A stretch of 63,998 nucleotides of DNA, the filler included, from Reticulomyxa filosa (taxonomy: Eukaryota; Protista; Foraminifera): the NCBI GenBank assembly GCA_000512085.1. It is 17 parts of 17 records of this genome, joined end to end, with 100 filler letters (N's around TTAATTAATTAA, not from the genome) between each part and the next. Parts side by side here need not be neighbours in the genome. Positions count along the whole stretch, not along the records: positions 1 to 7,148 come from ASPP01004539.1; positions 7,249 to 16,158 come from ASPP01024484.1; 15 more parts are not named here. One strand, written 5' to 3'. Position numbers and translations under genes: made by a program. Positions 1 through 12,837 of the stretch are shown here, piece after piece. The notes under the pieces are model-generated. The model ran no database searches. It was not told where the DNA came from and saw only the letters and a program-made list of their open reading frames with translations. How positions within the stretch are numbered: position 1 is the first letter of the stretch; the number at the start of each line of letters is the position of its first letter.

Positions 1-3000
1 CGTGTAATAATGCATAAGATTCCATCTGTCGCTCCAATTGATTTTGAAAATATTGCAAAGGGAATGTACAAAGACAAACGACAAGATTCCAATTGGACAA
101 AAACAAGCATATCGGAAAATGATATTGAATTGCTTGTGGATGTATTCAAAGAGCTATCGGGAACAAGAATAAGGAGTTCTCTCACATTTGGCGAAACCAA
201 TTTGATAGGCACCAGAGATTTTTATGCCTTAATTCGACATTACTTGGAAACTAGAGAAAATCCTCGTCAATCATTTGAGGGTGTAATGAGGAATTTGGGT
301 GGTTACAAAGGAAGAGAGTATCAGGACCCATTGACAGATATCTTGCAAAAGATGTCAGGATTAAGAAAAGAACAAGTATTGGAAAAAATGAATTGCTGGG
401 GGGCTTTGCAATGCATCAAAGCCAATCTCAATAATATTCATTGTAGACATTGTTTGTTGATTTGTGAAAAGCAACACTCTTGGCAATTGTTATTGGATCA
501 TGATATACTGCCATATGATGACGTGGTATTTTTATTTGAAAGTCAATTTCCAGCTGATTTGACCGCTTCTACAAATTACGATCATTTACAAAAGGTCTCT
601 AATTGCATGGCGGCAGGTAAAAAGGTGGTCTTGTTCAATTTGAAATCTATTCATGAATGTCTATATGATATGCTCAACCAAAGATACCAGATCAATCGTC
701 AAGGTTATTTTCTTTATTAATTCTTTTTAAAAATGGGATTGTATATATATGCAAAAATAAATATATAGGTCAAAATGTTTGTGGAATGTCCGTGGATAGT
801 CGCAGTAGAGAGTGTATTGTTGCAGACACATTTCGATGTATTGTTGTGATTCGAGAAGAAAGTTTTAATGATCCAGTTAAAGCAAAACTGTTTAAACAAA
901 ACAAAATTTGAAAGAGACTTCCTCGTTTCCCTCCTCCTCACATAAAAAAAGATGCAAAAAGCATTTTTTCATCGATTTGAAAAACAATGGATTTCCTATC
1001 GTAAATCACTACCACTATCACTAACTAAAAAAGCAGAAGCATTTCAAAAATATTTGTGCAAGATATACGACACTTCCAATCAAGAATTATCCAGTTTATT
1101 TTGTGGATTTAATGAAGATACCATTCCTTCGGCCATTTCATGTGCGTTACCACTAGAATCTCTTTCATCCACTGATAGCAAAAACGAAGAGTTGAAACCA
1201 AATGAAATCGATTTATTGCATCAACTCTTTTCTCCTCTTCTCAACCCCGAAAAAATTGTGGATTTGTGCATACACAAGCGCTTCAGTAACAATCAAATCA
1301 TGCCGACTTTCTTTACATTTGTTTGAGTGCTCTGTTGCTAACAAAAATATAAATAAATATAAACATAAATGAATATATGAACATATATGTGTATATAGAA
1401 AGAAGTAGTGAGTGAAACACAAGAGTTATGTAATAGTAAAATGTTGTTAATATTGACATTTGATGAAATGCAAAATGCCTTTCAACGCAAATGGGATTGC
1501 AAACGCGTGGAAGACTATGCAAAAGTGAGTCATTTTGAACAAGATGTCAAACAATTTTTCACAGGAAGCGATTCTGACAAGTTCGTTATAAGATTTCAAC
1601 ATAAAAATTCTGAGGACTTGACACGGTTGTTCCAAATTAAATGGATTTTCGAAACCGCTCACGCTTCGTATTACAAAGACAGCAAAGATGAAGACGAAGA
1701 AAAGGACAGCAATACAAGAAAGTCAAAAAGAAAGAAATTGGTTGTTCTTATAGTGCGTAGCATGCATAAATTGCAAAACCCTTTTCCACTTATCTTTACC
1801 AAGTTTATCTCTCTTTCTTTTTTTGATATTAATTTCATTTGTATTCTAATTTTAAAAATTGGGAAAAATATAGAAAATGGAAGACGGTATTTGTGGATTC
1901 ACTGGCTAGTCAATCTTTACTTTCTTTGCAAGATTTACTTCAAAACAATCAATTAACTATGATCGATGACCCATCCTCCACTTCAGTTATTTTTATTGTT
2001 TGTCTTGTAAACTTTAATATTCTCAGTACTTTTGTAAATATGACAAAAGATGCTAAAAAAGAATTTACAACGGGCATTTTATTACTTGAAATTCCCTTCC
2101 TTTCATAAAGTCTTGTTGAAGATCAAACATGGATTTGGAGACGTCAGAGTCTTGCCAAATACTATTCAAAATCTAATGAAACAGCGATTGAAACAGGAAG
2201 TGAACAAAATGACTGGTGGCCACACAATTTGCGAGATTTTGGAAAAGGGGCTGTACAAAAAGCTACAACTTCACAAAAATGGACATCAATATAGTTTTAT
2301 TCAAAACTACGAAAATACTGTAGATAGTTTGATTACCAAAGGATGGATTCAGGTTATACTGTCGCTTAACGAAAATGGTTATTTGGAAGTTTAGTCAAAT
2401 CACAAAAAAAAATTTCTTTTCTTTTCCGTGTTTCTTATCTTTTGAATCATAATAAAGATAATAAATATATTATATATTAAATAGGCAGTGATTGTTAATC
2501 CAAAAAAATCTTTGCCCACAATTTTTGTTGAGAGTGCGAGCAATGCATCGTTTCTTCCCCTGTCCACTCATGAAAATATATTGGACAAAAACTTGCATTT
2601 TTTCAAATTGAAAGTGTTGTACAGAGCACAATTTCCTTTTAGTTGGAATTATCACATTTGGTTTATTACACAAACTCGAGGATCTTATCTTTGGTGGAAA
2701 GATACTGATAATTGGATCCACAGGCACATTATTGGCTTGAACACGCACAAAAACAAAGCCATCGTTGATGAAGAGATATTGATAACTGTATATTGCGTTA
2801 AAAAAATTATGCATTTTAATGGCAAGCTGTTCTCCTTGCTGAAGGGCTGTGATGAAGAAGAGTGTGCAATGTATACAAAGGATGTGATTCGAGGAATATT
2901 TCATCGATATATTCCTATCCAAGCAAATGATGATGTGCCCGACATTGTCAAAGGCATTGTATTTTTGATTGGTGGGATTGTAATAGAGCAAACGAGTATG

Positions 3001-6000
3001 AAAATAAATATTCCGTTGATTGAAGCGATCTTTTACTATCTGGAAGATGTGATTGAGAATTACATTCAATTGCTGTCACTTTGTGACGATCAAGAGATTC
3101 GATCCAGTATTAAGCAATTGTTCACTATAAAATATTCCCCGTTGATTCAAATGATCAAAGCGACATCGAAGTTGTCCAGCTACTTCTTGTGGCATCCATC
3201 TCAAATGAATGACATAGACAACATGCCTCACAAAATTAGTCTGGCATGTGATGCTTTGCAAATTATCGCAAATTTTCTATGTGCGCGATGTTCAGAAGAG
3301 AAGGAATATCAAGATTTTTTGTCTGTGTATCGACAACTTCAAATAAAAATCTTGGACTCAAACACTTTTGGACAATCAATTGTTATTCAAACTCATCCAA
3401 CGAGAATCTTGTTGCAGTGAACACATTGATGTTGGCAAAACGAGGATTTGTAACGGATGACATACTTATACAAATTATAGATTCGATTATTGGGACTCAT
3501 TCTCTTTCTGTTCCATTGATGCGAAAAGTCACTTATTTCATTCGAGACCTGTTGCACATTATGCAACGAGTGGAATCTTTGGATGGACAAAATGTTCAAT
3601 CGGTATTTCAGAGTGTAATTGGATACATCTTACGTAGAGCCGAAGAATTGCCCAGAGAGTATTCTGCAAATATGTTGAAGCAGCAAGCATTAGAATTCCT
3701 TCTTGTCAAAGTCAAAGAAGTAGACCTAACCGTTATTGAAAAATATGGTTGCAAAAATGCTTCCTTGAATCGTGTATACGAACGAATGCTGATGAACCAA
3801 ACGATATTGGAGTGTAACATAGCGTCGTATCCAAATTTAATTGAAAAAGTTGAGGCCATTTCCAAACTCAAAGTGAAATTGACGAAATACATAGAGTCCT
3901 TGTGTAAACCTAAAACGGCCGAGGAATTCACCGGTGAAAAATTTAAACTTTTGCTGAATGATATCAGTGATGCATTGTCATATTTCAAAAGCAAGAAAAC
4001 TCAACTCGGCAATGATTCGGATGTGTACGAGCAATACTTACATATTTGGTTTTTAAAACAGTGTTGTATGTTGAAAGGTCCCTGTTGGACACAAACCTTT
4101 TTCAATCAACCCAATATAAGAATGCAATATCCTATCTTTGCATCCGAAAAGCAGAGTTATATATTTTCGAAATTGAAACCAAGAGACAAGCATGAATGGC
4201 TGGAGACACCATTTGATAAAGACTTTACGAATAAGTACAATAATTTTAAAAATAAATTGTTGTGGCCTAAGTCTATCAAAAGTTGTATCGTCGAAGAAAA
4301 AGAAGACTTTGTTCCTTTGTTGATGGCTGCCCTGTTCATTGCGCCTCCTTTAAACGTTTCTTCCAGATCGTCGAACATTCTATGTATGTTTTCATAATTT
4401 CACACAATAAATACCATCATCTTTGTTACAATACTTTCCCTCTCTTAATGCACTTTAAATAAATAAATAGTAATATCACACCTGTTGAGCTGCAATATTG
4501 CTCGTCATGGGACTGGAGTGTCCTGCATTATAAATCTATTTAGTCAAGAACCCAGCGCACGAGTACTAGCCTTTTATTTGTCTAATGCCGAAGATACAAC
4601 CCATCCTATTGTTGCCAAACTTGGTTTTCATTGGCTAGGAACCCTTCAAATCACCAAAAGTTTTTCAACATAACAATCGATAATTCACATTTTTATAATT
4701 TACTTATTTATTTATTTACTTTGTTTGTACACATATGAAACTATGATAGCCAATCCCTTTACATTATTACTAAACAATCCTGGTCAATATGAAAACCAAC
4801 GCATGCCAGGAGAGCCATCAAAGGATGAAAATGTCAAAACCAGCACCTTTTCATTGCATCATTGTCGAAATGGACATGCTTTGTTGATGAAAAAACGTGG
4901 CACTGTTCGAAGAGTTACCAAATGTACCGATCCTTGGTGTTCTGCCAAGATTGACGAACCAGAACTTTTCGCAATACATTCTGATATTAATAATTCGTAT
5001 GTCTTGTTTGTTCTTTTTTTACACTGTTTATTTCTATTAACTATTGTTGTTATTCTCGTTTTTTTAAAAAGATATAATTCAAATGTGGATTTCGACATGA
5101 GACAACAAATGAACATATCTCCAGTGATTTGTGAATTGCTGCAATTACTGAACTTCCTGACACTACTGTTGAGAGACGTAAACAAGTCGGAAGTTTTGGA
5201 TAAGTCATTACAACATCCAGAATACAGCAATGCTGATTTATGGAAACTTGCTCGACAGAAATTTATGTCATTATGTAAAATGACAGAATTGAATGAGGAG
5301 CAACTTTCTGTTGCACTGCATCGTTGGTTCTGTGAATTTGGACGATGGTACAATCAAACAGGCCCAGAGACATTGCAAGTTGTGACTCCAAGTGTCATTC
5401 ACAATTTTGAAAAAATGTTCGAAAAAGAATATATATCATATTTCAGCAGACCAGAAATATTGGAATCAGTACTTGTTTATGACAGTGAAATCAGCCATAT
5501 TATTCATGAAAAGGGAGAAGAAATGACTTCTCGAAATAATAAAGAATCTTTTATTCGTAATTTGTTTTTAGTGACCCGGCAGATGTTATCTGAAGAATTG
5601 TTATTCAAATTATACAACAATACTGAATTGGCAAACAAATATCCTTTGTTGTTTAATACTTTGAAAATAATTGACAAATTAGAGCGTGTAAAGTATTTAT
5701 CTTCTATTGGACAATGGATGAAATATTGTTATATGGAATATTCTGGAAGATTGACATATCGAGAATGTCAAAATACAACAATGAATACTATCATTAGCAA
5801 TTGTCATGATATGAAAGCCATTCAAGAGTGGCAAAAATTGAAACAATGTTGGAGTATGTTTGTGAATGAACGTATTAATATTGGGTCCACAGAAATAATT
5901 CCCAAGTTGTCCAATGTTGACAAAGAGGTGAGTTTTGGTCATTGCACTGCACATACAACTACTCCAGGATTATTCATTGTTGCCATTGTTGAGATGTTAC

Positions 6001-6774
6001 AAGATATTCAAAATGATCTATTGAGAAGTATTCGTTCTTATAAAAGAAAATCTACTTCCTCTTCAAACGACGATGAAAAAAAACAAGAAGAGAAAGATGA
6101 ACAAAAATATAATAACAATTCAACTTCTGTCGTTATTTCAAAGTCTTTATTTGATATCACCAATCAAGATATTATTTGTATTGATAAAGAGAAAATTGAT
6201 GATATCATTCGATCTTGGTATTGTCCTACTTTGGAATATGGACAAGATTATCATAAAGAATGGATCGATTTTGAATCGATTGAGAATGAAATATATGACT
6301 GTGCTATATTTGGCAGACATGAAATCAACATCAGTGTTGCAATGTTTGAATATGCAAATGAATTAACCATTCAAAATATTTTGGATAATCTTGATCGTTG
6401 TTATCCAAATTTCAAAAAATGTACCTTTAATTCCAATGAATTAGAACTTGTTCAATCATTTTTTGATGATCCACAACAAGTGCAACATGTATTTGAAATC
6501 ACTTATCAAATTATTGTATTGATGGATCATAATATTAATGATCTCAATTTGTTAAGATTTTCAATACAATTTGTTTTTGTTTATTTAAAAAAACATTTAT
6601 TTTCAAATATGTTTATGACACATCTGATTCAGGAATGAACCTCTTTCAAAATGGATGGAGAGAATGCAATTTGATAAACAAGATTGTAAATTATTTGCAA
6701 CAAAAAATGATGTCACATTGCTGGTAAACCATGTCGGTGAATTGTGGCATACTTTAAATTGTTTACAATCTTAA
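1..6774 (+). CDS. RNF213/mysterin-like giant AAA+ ATPase-E3 protein, C-terminal half (5' partial, multi-exon)
   Basis: Collinear motifs match RNF213 as recalled: GTRDFYALI, VMRNLGG, FESQFPAD, CMAAGKKVVLFNLKSIHECLYDMLNQRY, FFHRFEKQWI, FCGFNEDTIPS, QFPFSW, YLHIWFLKQ, RMPGEP, the RZ-like CRNGH..C..C, ISPVICELLQLL, DFESIENEI. Exons are split by GT-AG introns. The last exon (NEPLSKW...HVGELWHTLNCLQS*) ends at TAA 6772-6774. One apparent 1-nt frameshift near 3351. Confidence 0.88.
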
Positions 6775-7148
6775 CTGAGCTCTGCTTCATTAATTGTGGG
6801 ATTTTCAAATGTAATTGACAAAGTTTGAAGTTTTTGTTCAGATTCTTCTGCCTTCAATGACAGTGAATTATTTGTTGTCATTTTAACTTATGTTCTAAAT
6901 TTTTTTTGTTTCGATTTACACTTTTTCTAAACATACTTCGCTTTTTATTTTTGAATTTGTTTCTAAAACGGTCAAAAATCTTAAAAAATACAAAAATTAA
7001 TAAAATGAATAGTAAATTTTTTTCAGAAATTTGAATCTTCATTTAATTTTTTAAAAGTTGACGGTCACGTTTCTCGTTTTCTTGAAATTTGCTAATTCTT
7101 TTTTAGGCATTTTCATAAAAATATATTGTGAAAATTTTTTGTTTTTTT

Positions 7149-7248
7149 NNNNNNNNNNNNNNNNNNNNNNNNNNNNNNNNNNNNNNNNNNNNTTAATTAA
7201 TTAANNNNNNNNNNNNNNNNNNNNNNNNNNNNNNNNNNNNNNNNNNNN
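7149..7248. other. Artificial contig-joining spacer (first of 16)
   Basis: N44-TTAATTAATTAA-N44 (stops in all six frames). The same 100-nt spacer starts at 7149, 16159, 29953, 36824, 38362, 40025, 46499, 47949, 49351, 50536, 52289, 53654, 56811, 58543, 59802 and 62093. Confidence 0.99.
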
Positions 7249-7404
7249 TAGAGAAAGCAAGAATCACACATGTTATGCCAGACAAATGTCAATGTCACAA
7301 TATACCACTAGCACAAAGGAAAAATATTTCTTATTCAATTAAAAGCCTTTTCCACAGCATACATAGCCTTCTTCATAAGAAATATTAGCGACACTACAAA
7401 GGGG

Positions 7405-8202
7405 CTCAGTTGTTATATATGTTGATGTCAGTACATTTATGAACTCAGGTTTTGGAGGAATCAGAATAACCATTCAAGATCCATCAGTCAGAAAATGGAT
7501 AGAAATTGAATACCCTATTAATGTGATTGTTACAAACATCAAATGCGAAATAGAGGCAATAAAACATGCTCTTGATTATGTAAAATCATACTACATGTAC
7601 AAAAAAGAAATAGTAATAATAGTAAGCGATTGCAAATTTATTATCGATTCAATAAAAAACAAGACTAATTCAGGGACATATGAAAATCAAATCAAAAAGT
7701 ATCAAAACATGTTATATAACCTTGGAGTGGAGTCATCAACTGAAATATATTGGATCAAAGGACAATCTAAAATACCATGAAAAGAAAAAGCACTAACTTT
7801 AATCGAAGCTTTATCGCTTGAAAAGAGGATACTATATCTCAAGTACATGAACGCAGAATTATATGCAAAATAATTTCAGTCAAAGTATAGTTGAACGAAT
7901 ATCTATATCTCATTAAAAGATCAGATGCACCTGAATGCAAAGTATGCGAACATGAAACATAGTCAGTAGGACATTATCTGATTAAATGCGAACAATATAA
8001 TAATATAAGAAAAGACTAGTTTTCAAAAGCCAAGGTTCTTATTCCGGATATCAATGAAAATGAATTCAACTTAAAAAATTTAATAGGATCAAATACATGG
8101 GACCCTGCTACACGAATCAAAGTATCGCAAGAACTCGTGAAATATGCAGTAGAAATAAAAAGGAAAATGTGAACACTGCGAGCAATATACCAAAAAAAAA
8201 AA
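7405..8202 (+). mobile_element. Decayed non-LTR retrotransposon 3' end: RNase H domain plus C-terminal CCHC motif
   Basis: RNase H motifs VIYVD, CEIEAIKHAL, IVSDCK, IYWIKGQSKIP*. Downstream PECKVCEHET*SVGHYLIKC is a CCHC knuckle. In-frame stops present; A-run at about 8192-8202. Confidence 0.8.
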
Positions 8203-8447
8203 TTATAAATTTCTATCACAAAAACCTTTACAAATCTAAAGATATAATGCAAAAGACTGTGATTCTATTTTTTTTTTGGAGTGCTATGTCCTTTCTGGAT
8301 TGGGTACTTAACTTGCTATTTAAGCAAAGTGGCTGGATTTAGTGTAAAACGTTAAGACAAAACTAGAGTCAAACATTTTCGCTCCACCACTTATTGCAAG
8401 ATCGAAAAAAAAAACATTTTTGTATTTCATTTCAATAAGTATATAAC

Positions 8448-10824
8448 ATGGCAGTATGTGAGTATCCATTGCTATCCATGTCAATCACTTTGAATCTCTC
8501 GTTATTGTTTGCCGATTATTGGCAAATTGTAGGCTATAATCCTGTGTACTTTCCGTACGAGTTGCACATAATAGGAGGCTATGAAAATCCGCGAAAGCAT
8601 TATACTCTAATGTTAGATAGTGGTATAACAAATGCTTACGAAGACCTCGAGGTTGATGTCTACGGATCCAGAGGAGCAACGATATATGAAACAAATATAG
8701 TGTACTTTATGAGTGATTATTTTGCCGCATATAATCTTACCAGTAATAATCTCCAATATTTTACTTCAGCACAAAACGGAGGACAAATAGCTTCGTTACA
8801 ACAGCCATTATTGTCAGTACAAGATGAGCCATGTTTGGCCACAAATCAAACGCATATTTTCCTTTTAGGTTCATTTTTGTGTTTCTCTATTTCCTTAGAT
8901 GAAAAGTATATGTATTGCATATTGCACGTACCAAACTGAGTTTACATTTGTTTTGAAAAACAAGGCGGGAGCATAAATGGAATCTGTCAATCCAGTTTTC
9001 AAATCTACGATTTGTCGAAAGACAAATGGAGCATTGGACCATCGTTTGATATACCACGTTGCCATTCGACGTGCGAATACTTGTCACATCAGCGCACGCT
9101 ATATGTGATTGGCGGAAGCAGCGACATTGTCAACGAGACATTTACATCGACGGTGGAAGTGTTGGATATGACCACGATGTCAGATGGCAACGACAAAGGC
9201 AGTCAATGGCGTGTGTTGGCGAGTGAATTGAACGCGGCATTGTCGTCGCACAGCAGTGTGGTCGTGAAAGACGAATTCATATACATAATGGGGGGCGTCA
9301 GTCAACAGCCGAATAATAATCTAATGTATCTCAGCAGTTCGATTCAAGTGTTGGACTCGAACACCGACCAAATCCATTCTTTGTCCACTTGTGCGCAAAT
9401 GCAAGTCTCGAGATATGGCCATCGAGCTGTCTATCAACCCTTGTGGCCAGATCGATTGTGGGCGTTTGGTGGCTGGAGATTTGATACTGTCAGCGTCATT
9501 GAAGTGTCCAATGTGCTTAATTTGTCAGTGCATGGGGAACAAAGTTACACACACACACACAAATAATGCATAGACATTACGTATTTGTTTTGTTCATTGA
9601 ATCCCTTACAATAAGTTTGTTCAATATTTAAATAATTCAATGAAACACATACAAAAGTATTATCAAACAAAAATCCCGCATTACAAGTAACATTTCGGAT
9701 TCAATCCGAATTATCGGATACGTCATTTTCGGAGGACGACAAGACCCTCGTAGAGTCCTTATTTGGAGAAAGTATACAACAATTGTCAAACTATGCCTAC
9801 GTAGCCAACTCGGATTTCATGTGCGTATTGCAACAAATGGGAACCTGGATAAACGACAATCCGAATGACGTTAGCAATAGACAAACGGTCGATCACTCGA
9901 TTATAGGCAAAGTGTGGCTATTTGCGTGGAATCAATCCGCCCTGCATTCCTTGGCGACCATGTGTCAAGTTTATATTCCCTCGTGGCAATGGCAGCTGCA
10001 TTCCACGTTTTCGCAATCACTCGGAAGCGATGTCAATGTTACCATTTTGGATGTGCGTATTTTGACAGACGCGACGTACACAACAACGACTGTGGTGGCG
10101 AGCAATGAGAGCTCGAAACACACACAAAACATATGGGTTATCATTGTTGTCGCATTGGTGAATGCTGCTATCCTACTATTGGTACTTGCGTTTTGCATGT
10201 ATCGTCGCAAGTCCAAATCCAAACCACTGCCAAAAGAAAACCGAGAACGTCAAATAGAGAAACAATCGGCCAATGATGAAGAAACTACAAAATTAAAAAG
10301 CAATCAAACTAATATTTCAGAGGTTTGCTTGTTTGTTTATTGCAAATATTGTATATATGTACATATATGTATATATGTATGTGTATATGTATATATGTAT
10401 GTGTATATGTATGTATATGAAATAAATTACATGCATTTGCAATATAATATTACCATATTTGACAGTGCACAGTGTCTGCCCTGGAGAGACAAGTAAAACC
10501 ACAGTCGGAAAGCGTCCCTGCGACACCATCGACAACACACAAAGCAGGTATCACTGCAAAATTCCAATGTTTGTTTTGTTGAATACAACAACAAAACACA
10601 AAAGTCTGCAAAAATTACAATTTGCAGAACAAGAATGGACTCAAGTCGCCGAAACCCAACATCCGAAACATGATCTCAAGGTGGACTCTTCCAAAGTAGT
10701 TTTATTTAGCACTACACACAGTGAGGTCACCCCTTTGCCTGGCGATGTCAACTTTCCGCGCAATGACATTAATACTCAATGTAATGATATCTCCGAGATT
10801 TCCAGGGAAAAAGATTACATCTGA
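8448..10824 (+). CDS. Kelch-repeat single-pass (type I-like) membrane protein, multi-exon
   Basis: Kelch GG motifs LHIIGGY, LYVIGGS, IYIMGGV, LWAFGGW and WSIGPSFDIPR. TM helix IWVIIVVALVNAAILLLVLAFCMY followed by RRKSK. The start is uncertain; there may be a signal-peptide exon from ATG 8247. Confidence 0.75.
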
Positions 10825-11359
10825 AGTCCTGCCATCAAAATATTCACTCAACGCACAAAAACAATTGAAAGCAAAAAGGCAGCAGCTCTCAACACACAAA
10901 AACTCTCTTGTCATTGTACGAAACTCTTAACTTTCGTTTGTTTAATATACTTTTCTCTGTCTAATGTTCCTAATTTTAGTGTAATGCGTGGTTCAATTTT
11001 TTTTTTTTGGTTTTTTTTCAGAGTGCTCAGGGGAAGGGGAGGGGTGGAAGGGACAAGGAGCTACATTCCTTTATCTGTACCCATTTTCTCAAACATTTCA
11101 GCCCATGAAATGTGTGGTAAAGCATCTTTTCTAATTTTTTGATCTTTTTTTAACATATATGAAGGTGAAAATAGCATGAAAACGCAAATCTTCAGCATTG
11201 TAACAATATGATGATAATTCTGTTTTGTTAAACTCAGATCATGGGTATTATTGCTTACTGAAACACTTATTGAAGTAGAATGAGGTGTACCAGACTTGGA
11301 CGAGTTAAAAAAAACGGAACTTACTTTTGAGTATTTTCAAACAAAATTAGGTCTCCAGA

Positions 11360-12837
11360 ATGGGTTGTTGTGTTAGCAATGATGCAACAGGAGGAGAAAT
11401 CAATACAAAATTGCAACAAGAACAGCTCAGAGATAATAGTGAACGGAAGCTGCTGTTGTTGGGCGCAGGAGCGAGTGGTAAATCGACAATTTTCAAAAAC
11501 GTGAAAAAAACCCAAGGAGACCCAATGCTTGAGCCACGTGCGATCCAAGATACAAAGAGAACGCTGAGGGAAAATTTGGTGGAGTTCATGATGAAGCTAT
11601 TGTCAAAATCACAGTACTTCTACGAGTCAAACAAAGAAAAATACGCCGACTGTTTCATAGCAGAAAACGAAGAAACGTTTTCGCATATCCAAATGATAGC
11701 AAAACAAAGAGAAAAAATTATTCGACACGATGAAGATATGACAGATAGTGAAATGGCTCAAATGGGAAAATCCTTGGCTTATTTATGGAAGTTACCCCAA
11801 GTTAAGGCAACTTTTGCCAAAAGGTGTGGTCAATTCTCGTTTCCAGACAACCTAGAATTTTTTTTCGATAAAGTGTCGGATATCATGAATACCGATTATT
11901 CTCTGACCGAAGAAGATATCCTCAAAGCTCGAGTACGTACTACCGGTATGTTTGGAATCTTTTTGAGGGGAAAAAAGAGAAAGTGTTTTTAATATATCAT
12001 CCAATCGTCACTTTTTTTGCTGTGAACAATTGATTGTACTGGGGTCTATAACGATGTGCAAAGGTGCGGTAATGTACTATTTCACTGCGCAAAACACACA
12101 GTTTTTAGTAACGGATGTAGGGGGTCAACGAAGCGAGCGCAGGAAATGGATCTCTCATTTTGACAATGTTTCGGGAGTAATATTTGTGACTGCGTTGAAC
12201 CACTACAACGCAGTGCTATTTGAAGACGAAAACAAAAATGCAATGCATGAGGCCGTTCAACTCTTTGAAGATTATGCCAATATCACTGTGTTTAAGCAAG
12301 CAGGTTTGAATATATTACGTATAATTTTTTTTTACGTAGACATAAACAGAAACACAAGAGATTGACTTTGGCACTTTTGCAATGGAACAGAAATTATACT
12401 ATTCCTGAACAAAAAAGATTTGTTCCAGCTGCAATTGAAGACTGTACCTTTGACTGTTTGTTTTTCAAAGGAAGCGGGATGGTATGAACTTGGCCATTTG
12501 TTTGTTTATTGGAGGTAAAGTGTCTTAATATACATCTTTATATGTTGTTTTTTCTCTCGCTATTTCTTTCTGCAGGAATGGCGAGCCATGGGAAGGAATG
12601 AATTATCAACACATTGACGGCGATGAAGTTGCAGATACAAAGCATTTTGAAGAGTGCTATGGACAGGCTATTGCATTTTTTGAAAAACTGTTTCGGGCTA
12701 GAAACACTGTCTCTAATCGCTTTCTTTATTTTCATGTAATCTGTGCCACTGATTCTGATAATATCAAAACAGTATTTTGGGATGTTCAACGTATCATCAT
12801 TCGATCAAATTTAAGAAATTGGGGTCTCATCTTGTGA
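11360..12837 (+). CDS. Heterotrimeric G-protein alpha subunit
   Basis: MGCC lipidation N-terminus; G1 GAGASGKS, G2 RVRTTG, G3 [13 protein letters not shown]4 FLNKKD, G5 ICAT. Exons 11360-11945, 12064-12303, 12391-12481 and 12576-12837 splice in frame. Confidence 0.96.
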
